This document shows positions 36,670 to 46,065 of a stretch of 46,956 bases of DNA, piece after piece. A program made the position numbers and the translations under genes. Origin of the DNA: a virus. Taxonomy: Duplodnaviria > Caudoviricetes. How positions within the stretch are numbered: position 1 is the stretch's first letter; every line of letters begins with the position of its first letter. Below the pieces are notes generated by a model that was not told the DNA's origin, did no database searches, and saw only the letters and a list, made by a program, of their open reading frames with translations. The stretch is taken from positions 1 through 46,956 of IMG/VR virus record IMGVR_UViG_3300030102_003865; one strand, written 5' to 3'.

Positions 36670-36966
36670 TCAAGTTGCTCGTTTCAAAAATAACTCCCAA
36701 GCAGGAAAAAATATCTCTTCCATACAGCGGACAACAGCTTCTTGGTCGTAGTTTTCAAGCCACCCTACTCCACTTATGAGTAGACTAGCTTCCATCATTT
36801 CGTGACGAATAGTATTTAATAGGACTTTGCCTTTTAAATTTTTATTTATTTCGATAGTTTTTTTATCGTGTAAATACAATCCGAAGTCAGGGCTGTCCCC
36901 ATTAAAAGGAACTAGCTCAAGTTTTACCCTCTGCCCTGCAATCGATATTGTTTTAGGCAGTTGCAC
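36670..36966 (-). CDS. Small zincin-like protein with variant HExxE motif
   Basis: FGLY....TIEIN...TIRHEMMEA...QEAVV. Confidence 0.6.
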   Translation of the reverse strand: MQLPKTISIAGQRVKLELVPFNGDSPDFGLYLHDKKTIEINKNLKGKVLLNTIRHEMMEASLLISGVGWLENYDQEAVVRCMEEIFFPAWELFLKRAT

Positions 36967-36967
36967 A

Positions 36968-37522
36968 TTACCACCTTTCTGAGAGTTCTTTGTAGAGTTC
37001 TATCCCCGCAGCCATTGAGGTAGCCACTCCTTCCATATTCTTTAAAGCGAGTTCCCAATCCTCTTCATTACTACCAAAAAAAGGTTCTGCGATAGTCGCG
37101 GGACAGTGCGTTAATCTTAAAAACCCTGCTCCTCTACTACCTTTCTTGCGTGGTTTGATCCCTCTACTCCTTAACTGAGGGAAACAATCCTCAAAAGAAT
37201 CCCGTAAACATCTAGCGAACAACCTGCCTTTCTCTGAAGTATTCCAGTACAACCACTCATGTCCTGTCGCTGATGGAGTAGCAGCGTTAAAATGAAGTTC
37301 AATCGCTGCTTCAACAGCATCATGTTTTAAAGTTCTAGCAAGCCATTTCATAGAACTCCAATAACTATTACCTTTGTAGGTAGAGTAAATTTTATGCGGA
37401 GTCTTCAACCTGTCACTGATCATATCAGCTAATTGGGAGTTGTAGTCCCATTCAGTGACTCCAGTTACAGAAGCTGCACCTGAATCATTTGGTCTGCTGT
37501 GTCCCACGCATATCGCTATCAT
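36968..37522 (-). CDS. Endolysin, N-acetylmuramoyl-L-alanine amidase (Amidase_3 type)
   Basis: CVGH, TE, ELHFNA and AEPFF zinc/catalytic motifs. Confidence 0.9.
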   Translation of the reverse strand: MIAICVGHSRPNDSGAASVTGVTEWDYNSQLADMISDRLKTPHKIYSTYKGNSYWSSMKWLARTLKHDAVEAAIELHFNAATPSATGHEWLYWNTSEKGRLFARCLRDSFEDCFPQLRSRGIKPRKKGSRGAGFLRLTHCPATIAEPFFGSNEEDWELALKNMEGVATSMAAGIELYKELSERW

Positions 37523-37742
37523 CTCCTATTATTATAGCACGTCTGTAGGAATAATCACTGTGAAACTTCTGCCCACGGCCCATGAGGTTTCCCTCTTTAA
37601 AGGGATAATCGTACCCTTTTATAAGGGTAATTGTAGCAGGATCATAAAGATTGCTTTCGTTCAAACTGGAGTCTCCTGCTAAGTCTTTCAAGACGCAGCT
37701 TGGCAGCAGGAGAACCATCAGCAGCAAGGCGGTCAGCTTCAT
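37485..37742 (-). CDS. Lipoprotein, putative o-spanin
   Basis: MKLTALLLMVLLLPS-C lipobox; overlaps the upstream ORF in another frame; in lysis cassette; start reassigned from 37754. Confidence 0.6.
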   Translation of the reverse strand: MKLTALLLMVLLLPSCVLKDLAGDSSLNESNLYDPATITLIKGYDYPFKEGNLMGRGQKFHSDYSYRRAIIIGDDSDMRGTQQTK

Positions 37743-37833
37743 CTTCAAGATCATAAATATGTTTCCTATGCTTATACTTAGTATACGCAGCGTATGAACT
37801 CAAAGCTGCTTTTATTATTTTTATGAAGGTCAC
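37642..37833 (-). CDS. Putative i-spanin-like protein
   Basis: 63 aa helical, overlaps the lipoprotein gene; N-terminal anchor is weak. Confidence 0.45.
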   Translation of the reverse strand: MTFIKIIKAALSSYAAYTKYKHRKHIYDLEDEADRLAADGSPAAKLRLERLSRRLQFERKQSL

Positions 37834-37931
37834 TTTTTAGTATTGTTATAAGCGTCCTTTAAAAGTTTCTTTTTAGCACTTTTTGGCTTTGTATAAACCT
37901 TCTTTTCTTTGCCGTAGGATTTTTCTTTCAT
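37830..37931 (-). CDS. 33-aa Lys-rich peptide (not in ORF track)
   Basis: MKEKSYGKEKKVYTKPKSAKKKLLKDAYNNTKK; coupled to both neighbours (TAATG, GTGA). Confidence 0.6.
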   Translation of the reverse strand: MKEKSYGKEKKVYTKPKSAKKKLLKDAYNNTKK

Positions 37932-38095
37932 TATTTCTTTTTAGATAAGATTGACCATATAACACCAACAAGAGTAACAACTGCTGAAACACCTGTAGTG
38001 ACTTCATCTTGAGTTGCTAATCCATTCTGTGTCATGAATCCTCCACCGAAGGTGAGGATGTGTCTTACGATTCCGAGTATTGAGTCTTTATTCAT
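37931..38095 (-). CDS. Putative holin, 54 aa (not in ORF track)
   Basis: MNKDSILGIVRHILTFGGGF...VSAVVTLVGVIWSILSKKK; two hydrophobic segments and a basic tail. Confidence 0.75.
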   Translation of the reverse strand: MNKDSILGIVRHILTFGGGFMTQNGLATQDEVTTGVSAVVTLVGVIWSILSKKK

Positions 38096-38265
38096 TTTTT
38101 CCTTTTAATTAAGTTGTAAAGTGTAATTATAGCAACAGCTATTCCTAATAGACCACCAATAACCTGTATAATCCATTGAATAAATTCAGCGTAAGGGATT
38201 GTAACGGCTATCAATGAACCAAATATGCCTGTCACTCCTTTTGAGATTATTTCGCTATTAGTCAT
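38092..38265 (-). CDS. Second small two-TM protein (holin/antiholin-like), 57 aa (not in ORF track)
   Basis: MTNSEIISKGVTGIFGSLIAVTIP...VIGGLLGIAVAIITLYNLIKRKK; ATGA overlap with the next gene. Confidence 0.7.
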   Translation of the reverse strand: MTNSEIISKGVTGIFGSLIAVTIPYAEFIQWIIQVIGGLLGIAVAIITLYNLIKRKK

Positions 38266-38266
38266 T

Positions 38267-38659
38267 TTATAAAAAAACCCGATTGGGTGCGTTAGTTGGT
38301 CTTGGGATAGGCACTTCTTCGCCTTCCTCGTTTTGTTCAGTCATGGCACTATGCCATATAATAAAATCTTCTGCGGGAGTCATGTCCCTGTCGGCCATGT
38401 CACGAAACAATACCCACCATGCATCGTCAGTCGTCATGATCGGGTGTTCGTATTCAATGCCAGTTTCGTCTCTAAATGTTTCAGTTTCACCAGTCTCTGT
38501 CCAGTGTTCACCGATGACGGTAAAGACATAATCTTCTCCCTGTTCAATGACATTAACTTGTTCCTCACCATCCTTTTCGACAACAGAAGTAAAGCCGTTG
38601 TCCTCTGCGAAAGTAACGGCTTGTTCTTTTGAATCAAATTTTAAAAGTATGTCTTTCAT
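38267..38659 (-). CDS. Acidic protein downstream of fibre gene (possible fibre accessory)
   Basis: 130 aa, ends P...P.RVFL; context only. Confidence 0.65.
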   Translation of the reverse strand: MKDILLKFDSKEQAVTFAEDNGFTSVVEKDGEEQVNVIEQGEDYVFTVIGEHWTETGETETFRDETGIEYEHPIMTTDDAWWVLFRDMADRDMTPAEDFIIWHSAMTEQNEEGEEVPIPRPTNAPNRVFL

Positions 38660-39063
38660 TAGTCAGCGAGTGGTGGTTCTTCTGGATCTTCTTCTGTAGG
38701 CTCTTCGACCACATCTTCTGTAGTATCTGCCATTGGATCAGCGACCACAGCTTCTGTAGTATCTGCCATTGGATCAGGTGGGTAAACCCAATCTTCTGGT
38801 AATGAATCGACAAGAGCGTCATCATCAGTGAGTAATGCTTGATCAGGAATGCTTACGTTTTCTTCACCTGATTCTTCATCAGTCCAAACGAGTCTCTTAA
38901 TTTCGATATACGCTCTTGGATTCTCTTCGGCTGCTTCTTCACTAACGCCCCACCAGTAACGACTACCGCTGCGAGTTTTGTGGTAAGATAAACCCTTTGC
39001 GATCCCTGCTTGTTCGCTTCGTGCTTGTGCTTCTTCTTTGCTGTCAAATATTAGATATGCCAT
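38659..39063 (-). CDS. Acidic protein downstream of fibre gene
   Basis: 134 aa; duplicated DPMADTTE unit in the tail. Confidence 0.65.
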   Translation of the reverse strand: MAYLIFDSKEEAQARSEQAGIAKGLSYHKTRSGSRYWWGVSEEAAEENPRAYIEIKRLVWTDEESGEENVSIPDQALLTDDDALVDSLPEDWVYPPDPMADTTEAVVADPMADTTEDVVEEPTEEDPEEPPLAD

Positions 39064-39068
39064 GTCTT

Positions 39069-42000
39069 TTAATAAATGTTGTAATGAGTGTTTATGTTGC
39101 TTTCGATGCCTGTCCTGTAAGTGCTTTGATCGGAGTCATACCAGATCCATTCAGAAAACTTTCCTTGGAAATTGAATGTATCAGTACTACTACTTCCATA
39201 ATAACCCATCTGTAATTGCGACCAATCTGCTGTATCTGCGTCTTGATGGTGTACTAACTTTCTTCCATTGAGAGCGCTATGAACTTCGTCTCTAGTTGCT
39301 GATCCAGATGAACCGATGAAAGTTCCATTAGCATAAAGTTTTGCGTTCCCTCCACCATAATCTGCAATTAAAGATACACTGGTTGATCCATCTTGAGCAA
39401 CAAAACCATGATCGCTAGCTGTGGCGTAGTTTGCAGGGTATAAGTATCTGTTATCACTTGTGTCAGCTACAAACCAAGCGTCAAGACGGGCAGCTTTGAG
39501 TTTCCCAAACAGTTCCATATTAGAAGCTGTAACGTGTTCCCAAGCAGGATGATTCCCTGACTTGATTAAGTCTCCACCATTAACCAACTTAGGCTGATAA
39601 GCAGCAGTCGCTTGAAGGGCATGATTCAAATTGCCTGTCTGATCGTGGAGCTTTGTGAGGTAGCCTTCTACGCCTAACTCTTCAACTTTTACGTCATCAA
39701 TTAATAGATCAAAAGGTGCTTTTGTTCCGTCGAATAAAAAGTCAACAGCATCTAATTGGCCTGTTGCAAGAGTATCAAAAGTTTCTGTGAATGTGTAAGT
39801 TTGTGCTGTTGACGTAAATGTTTGGTTAAGAGCAAACTGCATATTCAGTGTTCCTGTTCCAAACCGTATGTCACACTCCGCTGTTCCGCTTAGTAGCTGC
39901 GCCTTGAAGCTCAAACGATATTTTACATTAGTTCTAGCGTTCGTCCCCATGAATACTCTCACCCGTGGGTAACCCGTCGAGGTTCCTGTGCTTGGCATGG
40001 TTATCCTCAGTGAACCGCTACCACTTATAGGCGATGTAGTCTCATGGGCTAAATTAACTGTACCTGCTCCTCCTGAGGAAAAGGTCCAACCACCTGTATC
40101 ATCATTGAAGTCTTCACTGTAGATTGCTCCATCCATGAAGTGCTGAATCATATTCTGCTCGATTGGGAACCGCTTGGGCGATGAATCCATGTTCGGGAAG
40201 AATACCATCTCGGAGATTTTTCCTGTGTAGTTGTAAGAAGGATCGACACTAAACTGACCAACCTCTAAACTACCAAAATCACTTGTACTTGTGTTGTGTT
40301 GACTAACTAAATTTATTTTACCTGTTAAACGGTCGTGTACATCATTTCTATTTGAAAAGGATTGTAATGCTCCATTTACATAGTAAGAAGGAGTTCCAAA
40401 GTCTAAGGCTAAAGTACCGCTACTTGAACCATCTTCTGCGACAAGACCATAATGGGAAGAAGAATTAGGATCAGTAGGATAAACATATTTATTATCACTT
40501 GTATCTTGAATGAAGTAACTATCTAACCTGTTCTGTCCTGCGAGAGCATTGTTGTCTAACGTATCTCCACCATCAAAGTAAACAGAAGCCTTTCCACTAC
40601 TAGTCACGAGTTCGCTGCCCATAACGATACGAGGTTGCTCTCCTGCTGTGCTTTGAGTGAAGTCTTCACCTCCTGCTTGGTCATACCAGTTAACCACATG
40701 AACATCGCCAGTTAGGGCTGTGCCACTGGTCTTTTGGTACTTCTTGAGAGAGTCGGTGTTTAGCTGTGCGCCAAAGATGTAGATGCCACTAGTACCGTCA
40801 CCTACATAATCAGCGGTAGAAGAATTTGTTGGAGCAAAGTTTATTCTAAACGTATCGTTAGCACTTCCTGTGTTAGTTATGGAGACTCTATACCATCCAT
40901 CATTGCCTACAGCAGTAATGGTTGGGTTGTTATTTCCACTATCAGAAATGACTGTTCCGTTTTCTAAATTGAATACCGACGATGAACCCTGTCTTCTTAA
41001 CCAAATAGAACCATATTCAGCAGCTTTTGCATAAACAGAAAAGGTATGTAAGCCTGTTCCTACAGTGGTTGGTATGTCTAACCGATGCTGTCCATTATTA
41101 GTGTCGGCTGCAAGACGTACAGCGTTGTTACCTCCAAACGGATCAACAATTTGTGAAGCATCTTGTATGCCTGAAAATATTTTTGTATAAATTGATTGAC
41201 TAAAATCTTCAGAGTAACTTAATTTATTCTCAAGTCCGCTGAACTCTCCAAGAGTAGTCGCAGTTGTATTCGAGCCATCGTCGGATATTACGGGAGTCTG
41301 GGCGTAGGTGCTTGGGGACAATATTAACAGTTCTTTTAGAGAGACATTATCTATTGTTCCTTCAAAAGTAATACCGCCTCTTATTCTTAGTGTATCATGG
41401 GCAAGAGTAGGCGTTAATATATCGGTATAAGTTCCACTCGTTGTTCTGGTTGCGCCAATAGTTGTCCCTCCTCCACCTTGGAATCGGGCATCCACTGTCC
41501 CTGCCGTGATTGTTAAATCATAAGTGACTTGATATTTTTTGCCTACAGTAACAGTCGGGATGGTTTGATATATTTGAGCCGCGCCAATTTGACTTCCGTC
41601 TTGAGTGGCGACTCCATTTGCAATGCTCCAACCTGCTTGTTTTGTCCAATTACTATCGGCATCAAAAGTACCATTAGTAATTATCTCACTTCCAGAAGGA
41701 GTGTCCTCGTAGACTGTTTCTTCGAACATGGCTCCGAAGATAGTTCTAGCTGATCCTGCTACAGGAGAAAGAATTGTGTTGTTTGTTGAGAACCCTGCAT
41801 AGAGATACATAATAGCCTGATTATTTGAGTGAGTATCATGTAAGGTGACTGATACTCGCCACCAACCCGTTACTGGTTCAGTCACACTGATGATTGGAGT
41901 GTTAGTACTTGATTGGATTGCATTATAGGTGGCAGTACCGTTTACTTCGTCAACAATAACGTAAGCAAATTTGCTTGTCCCTCCGTATAAATTTATTCCA

Positions 42001-44750
42001 ACGCCTCCGTAGTTTGTTCGGCTAGATTCTTTTTTAACATACCAAGAAAAAGTGTAAGTTGAATTTGGTGTAATTGAAATAGCAGTAGGGGGTCTAATTT
42101 GATGATATGAACCATTAGTTGTTGATGTTATTGACCAAGCGTTTTGTCCTCCAAATGGATCATCAAGGTTATTTACCAATACTGGAAAGTTAGTTGGAAG
42201 CCACTCACCAAAGTTCTCACTGTATGCAAGAAGGTTTTGGCTGCTATTTGTAACAGGACTACTCAGGCTTATCTCATTGTTATCATCGAAGTCTACCTCG
42301 ACCTCAACATTTTGCTGATTCCTGCAACGCATTGCCTTTCCAGTGTAACTCGAATTGATCTTACGAGTGCTGAAGCCAGTTGCTATCGGGTTGACCTCTT
42401 TGACGGATACGTTGTCGAAGAAATAAATAGTTCCATTAGTAGGCTCATTTGCTCCGATTCGTAAGTACGAGGTTGTAGCGGTCGCTGTAAAAGTTAAAGT
42501 GTAATGACCAGATGTAGTAAATGTATTTGTTCCGAGTTGATTGCCTCCAAATGATGTTCCTACCCACACTAGTGCGTTGCCCCCTGTGTTATCGATATAA
42601 TCTAAAGAAACTGTGTACTGACTTCCAACTTTAGTGGTTAAGGTTTGATTAGCGTAACTGTTACCCGTAGCGTTATTTGTTATTTTTAGTCTTCCATTAT
42701 CAACGGCTAAAGTAGCTCCTCCTCCTGCTGTCCAACCAGTAGTGTTTGAATCAAATGCTCCATTAACTACCATCTCATCAGCTTCACATGAAATGTTCAA
42801 CGGCAATGTGGTTTGGTCGGCACTCCTAAAGTCTTTTTCTAACTCTCCATTAGCAACTTGATTGGCTGTGTAGTCTGCTTCATGAGAGTCATATTCCCTT
42901 CTAATGCGAGTGACAGGAGAGTTATCTCTGCCGTCTCTAAGTGATCTAAGACTGTGGGCTGCTGTGGCTCCCTTGAATTTGTCGAGCAGGAACGAGGTAT
43001 TGGTGAGTTTCTTAATTTTTGTGTCGCTTAGTTGCTTGTTAAAATATCGAAGTCTTCTTATCCAACCATTTAGTTGAGATTGGTTATTATGTCTGCCACC
43101 TAAGTTTAATTGACTGATGTTAGTAGGTAGATTTACGGTCGTGTCATTGAATCCCGTAAAGCCATCTTGAATAATACTGTGACTATTAGTTTTATAGGAT
43201 TGCCCTAGCTTGGCTATTTCACCTGATGTAATTAAAACGTTACTTGCAGGGTTGGCTCCTTGATTGACTGAATTTTTTTTGATCTGACCATAAACTTTGT
43301 AGTTCCCTCCATGTAACCAAATCTCAATCTCATCGCTAGTCGAGAGATTAGAAAAATTGTAAACTCTACTGTAATTAGGAATTAAACCTGTTGGCAGTTG
43401 TACATCAACCACAGTCGTACCCTCAGTGTCTTTAAAGAATCGACTGAAGTTTGTACCATCTACTTTAGCTAGATCCGCAGAACGACTTGCAGTAGCTCCG
43501 TAGGTTGGTATGAGCGTACTTGGGTAGTTACCCTGCTCAAATTGTGCGCCCCATACCAATACACCACTTGAGCCATCTCCTGTAAATGAAACTGGAAAAC
43601 CACTGCTGTTTGATGAATTCCAATAAATACTTCCTATTCCACCGCTGCCTACAATAGTGTGGCTGAACCAAACTCTGTACCAGTCATTTCCTACCTCCTC
43701 GACAGAATGTCCTCCACTAGCATTAATGAGAGTACCCTGACCTGTATCCAAATCAACGTGTAACAATCGTGAAGCAGAATCATTAAAGTAAAATTTAAAA
43801 TACCTGTGTCCTGCCTTCTTTACATAGACTGACATACAATATGTATTGCCTTGAGTAGCAGTGGGGACAGATGGAGGTCTGAAAAGTTTATTACCATCCG
43901 TAGCGTTAGGAATTATTTTGGTAGCGTTTTTTGAACCAGCAGGAGATATAGCAGCGTTTGCTAAAATATGTCCATCACCACTAACCCAATTCCACTGTGA
44001 TAGATCTTGTGAGTAGGTAAATAGATTCGTCCTCCCCTCTTCAATCAAGAGTCCCTTGCTGTTGCCGTCTTTGTCGTAGTCGAAGCGAGGTGCTTGATAG
44101 GCTGCTCCAGAAGTTTTGTAATATGCGCTTGGAGTTGTTTGGCTTGAATCGAAAGTCTGCTCTACTTGTGCGCCAAAGAAATAAAAATCTTGATCCGATG
44201 CTGACCCAAGAAATCTAAGTTGCAGTCCTCTTGTAGCTGTTGCATCAGACGTAAATACTGCTGAGAACCTTTGCCATTCAGTCGTCAGTGTAACAGAAGA
44301 TCCTGCTATTCCACTTGATCCTTGATTCCTAAAATCTATTTGTACAGTTTCTCCTCCCACTTGTCCTTTCAAGTAGACGGACAGCACATAAACTTGATTT
44401 TGAACCGCACTAAACTCTCTTGTAAATAGCTGTCCACCAGTTGAAGTATCAGCATTAGAAAGAACTATTTTAGTAGCATCAGTGCCTCCAAAGGGATCAG
44501 TTTGCGAGCCAACAAACCCTCGACTTGCTCCTCCAAAGACAAATTTTATCCAGTTGTTCGTAATGTCTTCAGAATAATCTAACAAATTATGAGGAGCATA
44601 GCAGATCTTACCCTCGCTGTTCTTTTGGGTAGCTGAGGAAGCCCTGCTAAAATCTATGTCAGGGTGTAATGATCCTTCAAGAAAGTTATAATCCCTTCTT
44701 AAATTACCTAGACCACTAGATGACGTTAGCTTTGTGCCTAAACCTAACAT
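39069..44750 (-). CDS. Large fibre/spike protein with repeated lectin (ConA/LamG-like) and carbohydrate-binding-like modules
   Basis: 1893 aa, S/T/G/N-rich; four NL..YS[EQ] repeats with GAQ/GAM, NG.FD...W...DNVS.KE modules, APRFDY...GLLIEE. Confidence 0.75.
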   Translation of the reverse strand: MLGLGTKLTSSSGLGNLRRDYNFLEGSLHPDIDFSRASSATQKNSEGKICYAPHNLLDYSEDITNNWIKFVFGGASRGFVGSQTDPFGGTDATKIVLSNADTSTGGQLFTREFSAVQNQVYVLSVYLKGQVGGETVQIDFRNQGSSGIAGSSVTLTTEWQRFSAVFTSDATATRGLQLRFLGSASDQDFYFFGAQVEQTFDSSQTTPSAYYKTSGAAYQAPRFDYDKDGNSKGLLIEEGRTNLFTYSQDLSQWNWVSGDGHILANAAISPAGSKNATKIIPNATDGNKLFRPPSVPTATQGNTYCMSVYVKKAGHRYFKFYFNDSASRLLHVDLDTGQGTLINASGGHSVEEVGNDWYRVWFSHTIVGSGGIGSIYWNSSNSSGFPVSFTGDGSSGVLVWGAQFEQGNYPSTLIPTYGATASRSADLAKVDGTNFSRFFKDTEGTTVVDVQLPTGLIPNYSRVYNFSNLSTSDEIEIWLHGGNYKVYGQIKKNSVNQGANPASNVLITSGEIAKLGQSYKTNSHSIIQDGFTGFNDTTVNLPTNISQLNLGGRHNNQSQLNGWIRRLRYFNKQLSDTKIKKLTNTSFLLDKFKGATAAHSLRSLRDGRDNSPVTRIRREYDSHEADYTANQVANGELEKDFRSADQTTLPLNISCEADEMVVNGAFDSNTTGWTAGGGATLAVDNGRLKITNNATGNSYANQTLTTKVGSQYTVSLDYIDNTGGNALVWVGTSFGGNQLGTNTFTTSGHYTLTFTATATTSYLRIGANEPTNGTIYFFDNVSVKEVNPIATGFSTRKINSSYTGKAMRCRNQQNVEVEVDFDDNNEISLSSPVTNSSQNLLAYSENFGEWLPTNFPVLVNNLDDPFGGQNAWSITSTTNGSYHQIRPPTAISITPNSTYTFSWYVKKESSRTNYGGVGINLYGGTSKFAYVIVDEVNGTATYNAIQSSTNTPIISVTEPVTGWWRVSVTLHDTHSNNQAIMYLYAGFSTNNTILSPVAGSARTIFGAMFEETVYEDTPSGSEIITNGTFDADSNWTKQAGWSIANGVATQDGSQIGAAQIYQTIPTVTVGKKYQVTYDLTITAGTVDARFQGGGGTTIGATRTTSGTYTDILTPTLAHDTLRIRGGITFEGTIDNVSLKELLILSPSTYAQTPVISDDGSNTTATTLGEFSGLENKLSYSEDFSQSIYTKIFSGIQDASQIVDPFGGNNAVRLAADTNNGQHRLDIPTTVGTGLHTFSVYAKAAEYGSIWLRRQGSSSVFNLENGTVISDSGNNNPTITAVGNDGWYRVSITNTGSANDTFRINFAPTNSSTADYVGDGTSGIYIFGAQLNTDSLKKYQKTSGTALTGDVHVVNWYDQAGGEDFTQSTAGEQPRIVMGSELVTSSGKASVYFDGGDTLDNNALAGQNRLDSYFIQDTSDNKYVYPTDPNSSSHYGLVAEDGSSSGTLALDFGTPSYYVNGALQSFSNRNDVHDRLTGKINLVSQHNTSTSDFGSLEVGQFSVDPSYNYTGKISEMVFFPNMDSSPKRFPIEQNMIQHFMDGAIYSEDFNDDTGGWTFSSGGAGTVNLAHETTSPISGSGSLRITMPSTGTSTGYPRVRVFMGTNARTNVKYRLSFKAQLLSGTAECDIRFGTGTLNMQFALNQTFTSTAQTYTFTETFDTLATGQLDAVDFLFDGTKAPFDLLIDDVKVEELGVEGYLTKLHDQTGNLNHALQATAAYQPKLVNGGDLIKSGNHPAWEHVTASNMELFGKLKAARLDAWFVADTSDNRYLYPANYATASDHGFVAQDGSTSVSLIADYGGGNAKLYANGTFIGSSGSATRDEVHSALNGRKLVHHQDADTADWSQLQMGYYGSSSTDTFNFQGKFSEWIWYDSDQSTYRTGIESNINTHYNIY

Positions 44751-44753
44751 CTA

Positions 44754-45008
44754 CTACGCAGCTTTGTATGCTAATACTTTTCCTGAAGACAATGTAAAGC
44801 CTGTAATCTGCCCATAAATAGTGAACCCAGCCTGAAAAGTAACACCAGTTATAGTATCACCATCCAACTCAGGCCAAGTAAGAGCAGAAAATTCAGTATC
44901 CTCAACCATTGTAATAGCGCAAAATTCTCCAGTAACGGCTGTTGTGCCAGATTCAAAAGTTGCACCTTCTTGTCCGAAGGATTGTTTATCAATGTTGTTT
45001 GTTGCCAT
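44754..45008 (-). CDS. Small beta-rich structural protein
   Basis: 84 aa, directly upstream of the fibre gene. Confidence 0.65.
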   Translation of the reverse strand: MATNNIDKQSFGQEGATFESGTTAVTGEFCAITMVEDTEFSALTWPELDGDTITGVTFQAGFTIYGQITGFTLSSGKVLAYKAA

Positions 45009-45034
45009 AATTATTTAGTTTATTATAAAATTGT

Positions 45035-46030
45035 TTAATACATTCCTCTCATACCTGCACCTACCCCGTCAGGAGCTATGTGTAATGTTGGTTTAGCGGC
45101 TCCTCTAAAGGAATCAGTGTCTTCTTCTAAAAGTTTCTCACACACTCCCCAATGATATGTAGCTCTTTGTATGTCAGCATTATCTTCTGCTAACTTACCC
45201 AATAAAGCATGTTTAACAATAGCATCATCAGGCACGTATACAGGGTCTTCTGAAAGATCTGAGTTTGAGTGGGTATCTAAAGAAACCCAACGTCTTTTAG
45301 TTAAAACGTGAGCTGAAGATGTACTATCAGTTCCTCCTATCCTGTATCTCCTATAACGTATTTCGCCCTGCCCACTTGGTATATCTGCAAGGATAACTGA
45401 TTGAGAAGTGTCACTAGTCTTAACAGCTTTCAGTCTCGTAAGATTTCCTGAAGGGATACTTTTGTATAAAATACGCTCAACGTAGACTACATCTGTTTCA
45501 GTAGAATTTTTTGTGGTTATGCTTCCAGAATTGTTAGTAAAAGTAATTGTTACTTTATCAGGAGCTGTTGTTCCTGCTCTTCGGCCAATAATTTTTATCT
45601 CAGAATGGTTATCATTAAATATTTCGCCCGTGTTATTTGGGCCAATATCAGTAATGTTTAAAGTATATGAAGTAGTGCCATCTAAGTCTCTGTAGGTCGT
45701 ATGATATCCATCATCAATAAAAGATGATAAAACAGTATCATCATCGTCATTTGTACCAAAAAGTTTGTAATCGTGCCACAAAGAACGGGTAGGTACTGCG
45801 CTATTATCTATAATACCAGCTACGATAGAGTCTGTGTCTTGAGGTAGAGATATATAACCATTAGAAGCCTCTTGTGTATGTTCTACATACATATCACGCC
45901 AGTATCCCATTTTATATAAACGAGGCATAACCTCGTTTAGGGCTTTTCTAAAGCCTGTATGCGATAGGTTCGCAGCGTCAAGATATTGACTATGCGTTGT
46001 ATATAAATAACTGACGGTAGTAGCTGGCAC
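45035..46030 (-). CDS. Probable virion structural protein (tail/adaptor-like)
   Basis: 331 aa, GTG start, within tail region; function from context. Confidence 0.55.
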   Translation of the reverse strand: MPATTVSYLYTTHSQYLDAANLSHTGFRKALNEVMPRLYKMGYWRDMYVEHTQEASNGYISLPQDTDSIVAGIIDNSAVPTRSLWHDYKLFGTNDDDDTVLSSFIDDGYHTTYRDLDGTTSYTLNITDIGPNNTGEIFNDNHSEIKIIGRRAGTTAPDKVTITFTNNSGSITTKNSTETDVVYVERILYKSIPSGNLTRLKAVKTSDTSQSVILADIPSGQGEIRYRRYRIGGTDSTSSAHVLTKRRWVSLDTHSNSDLSEDPVYVPDDAIVKHALLGKLAEDNADIQRATYHWGVCEKLLEEDTDSFRGAAKPTLHIAPDGVGAGMRGMY

Positions 46031-46035
46031 GTCTT

Positions 46036-46063
46036 AATATAAAAGAAAATAAGGACAATTCAA
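46036..46063 (-). promoter_or_regulatory. Putative promoter for a leaderless transcript
   Basis: TTGAAT-N16-TATATT, 5 nt before GTG 46030. Confidence 0.5.
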
Positions 46064-46065
46064 GG

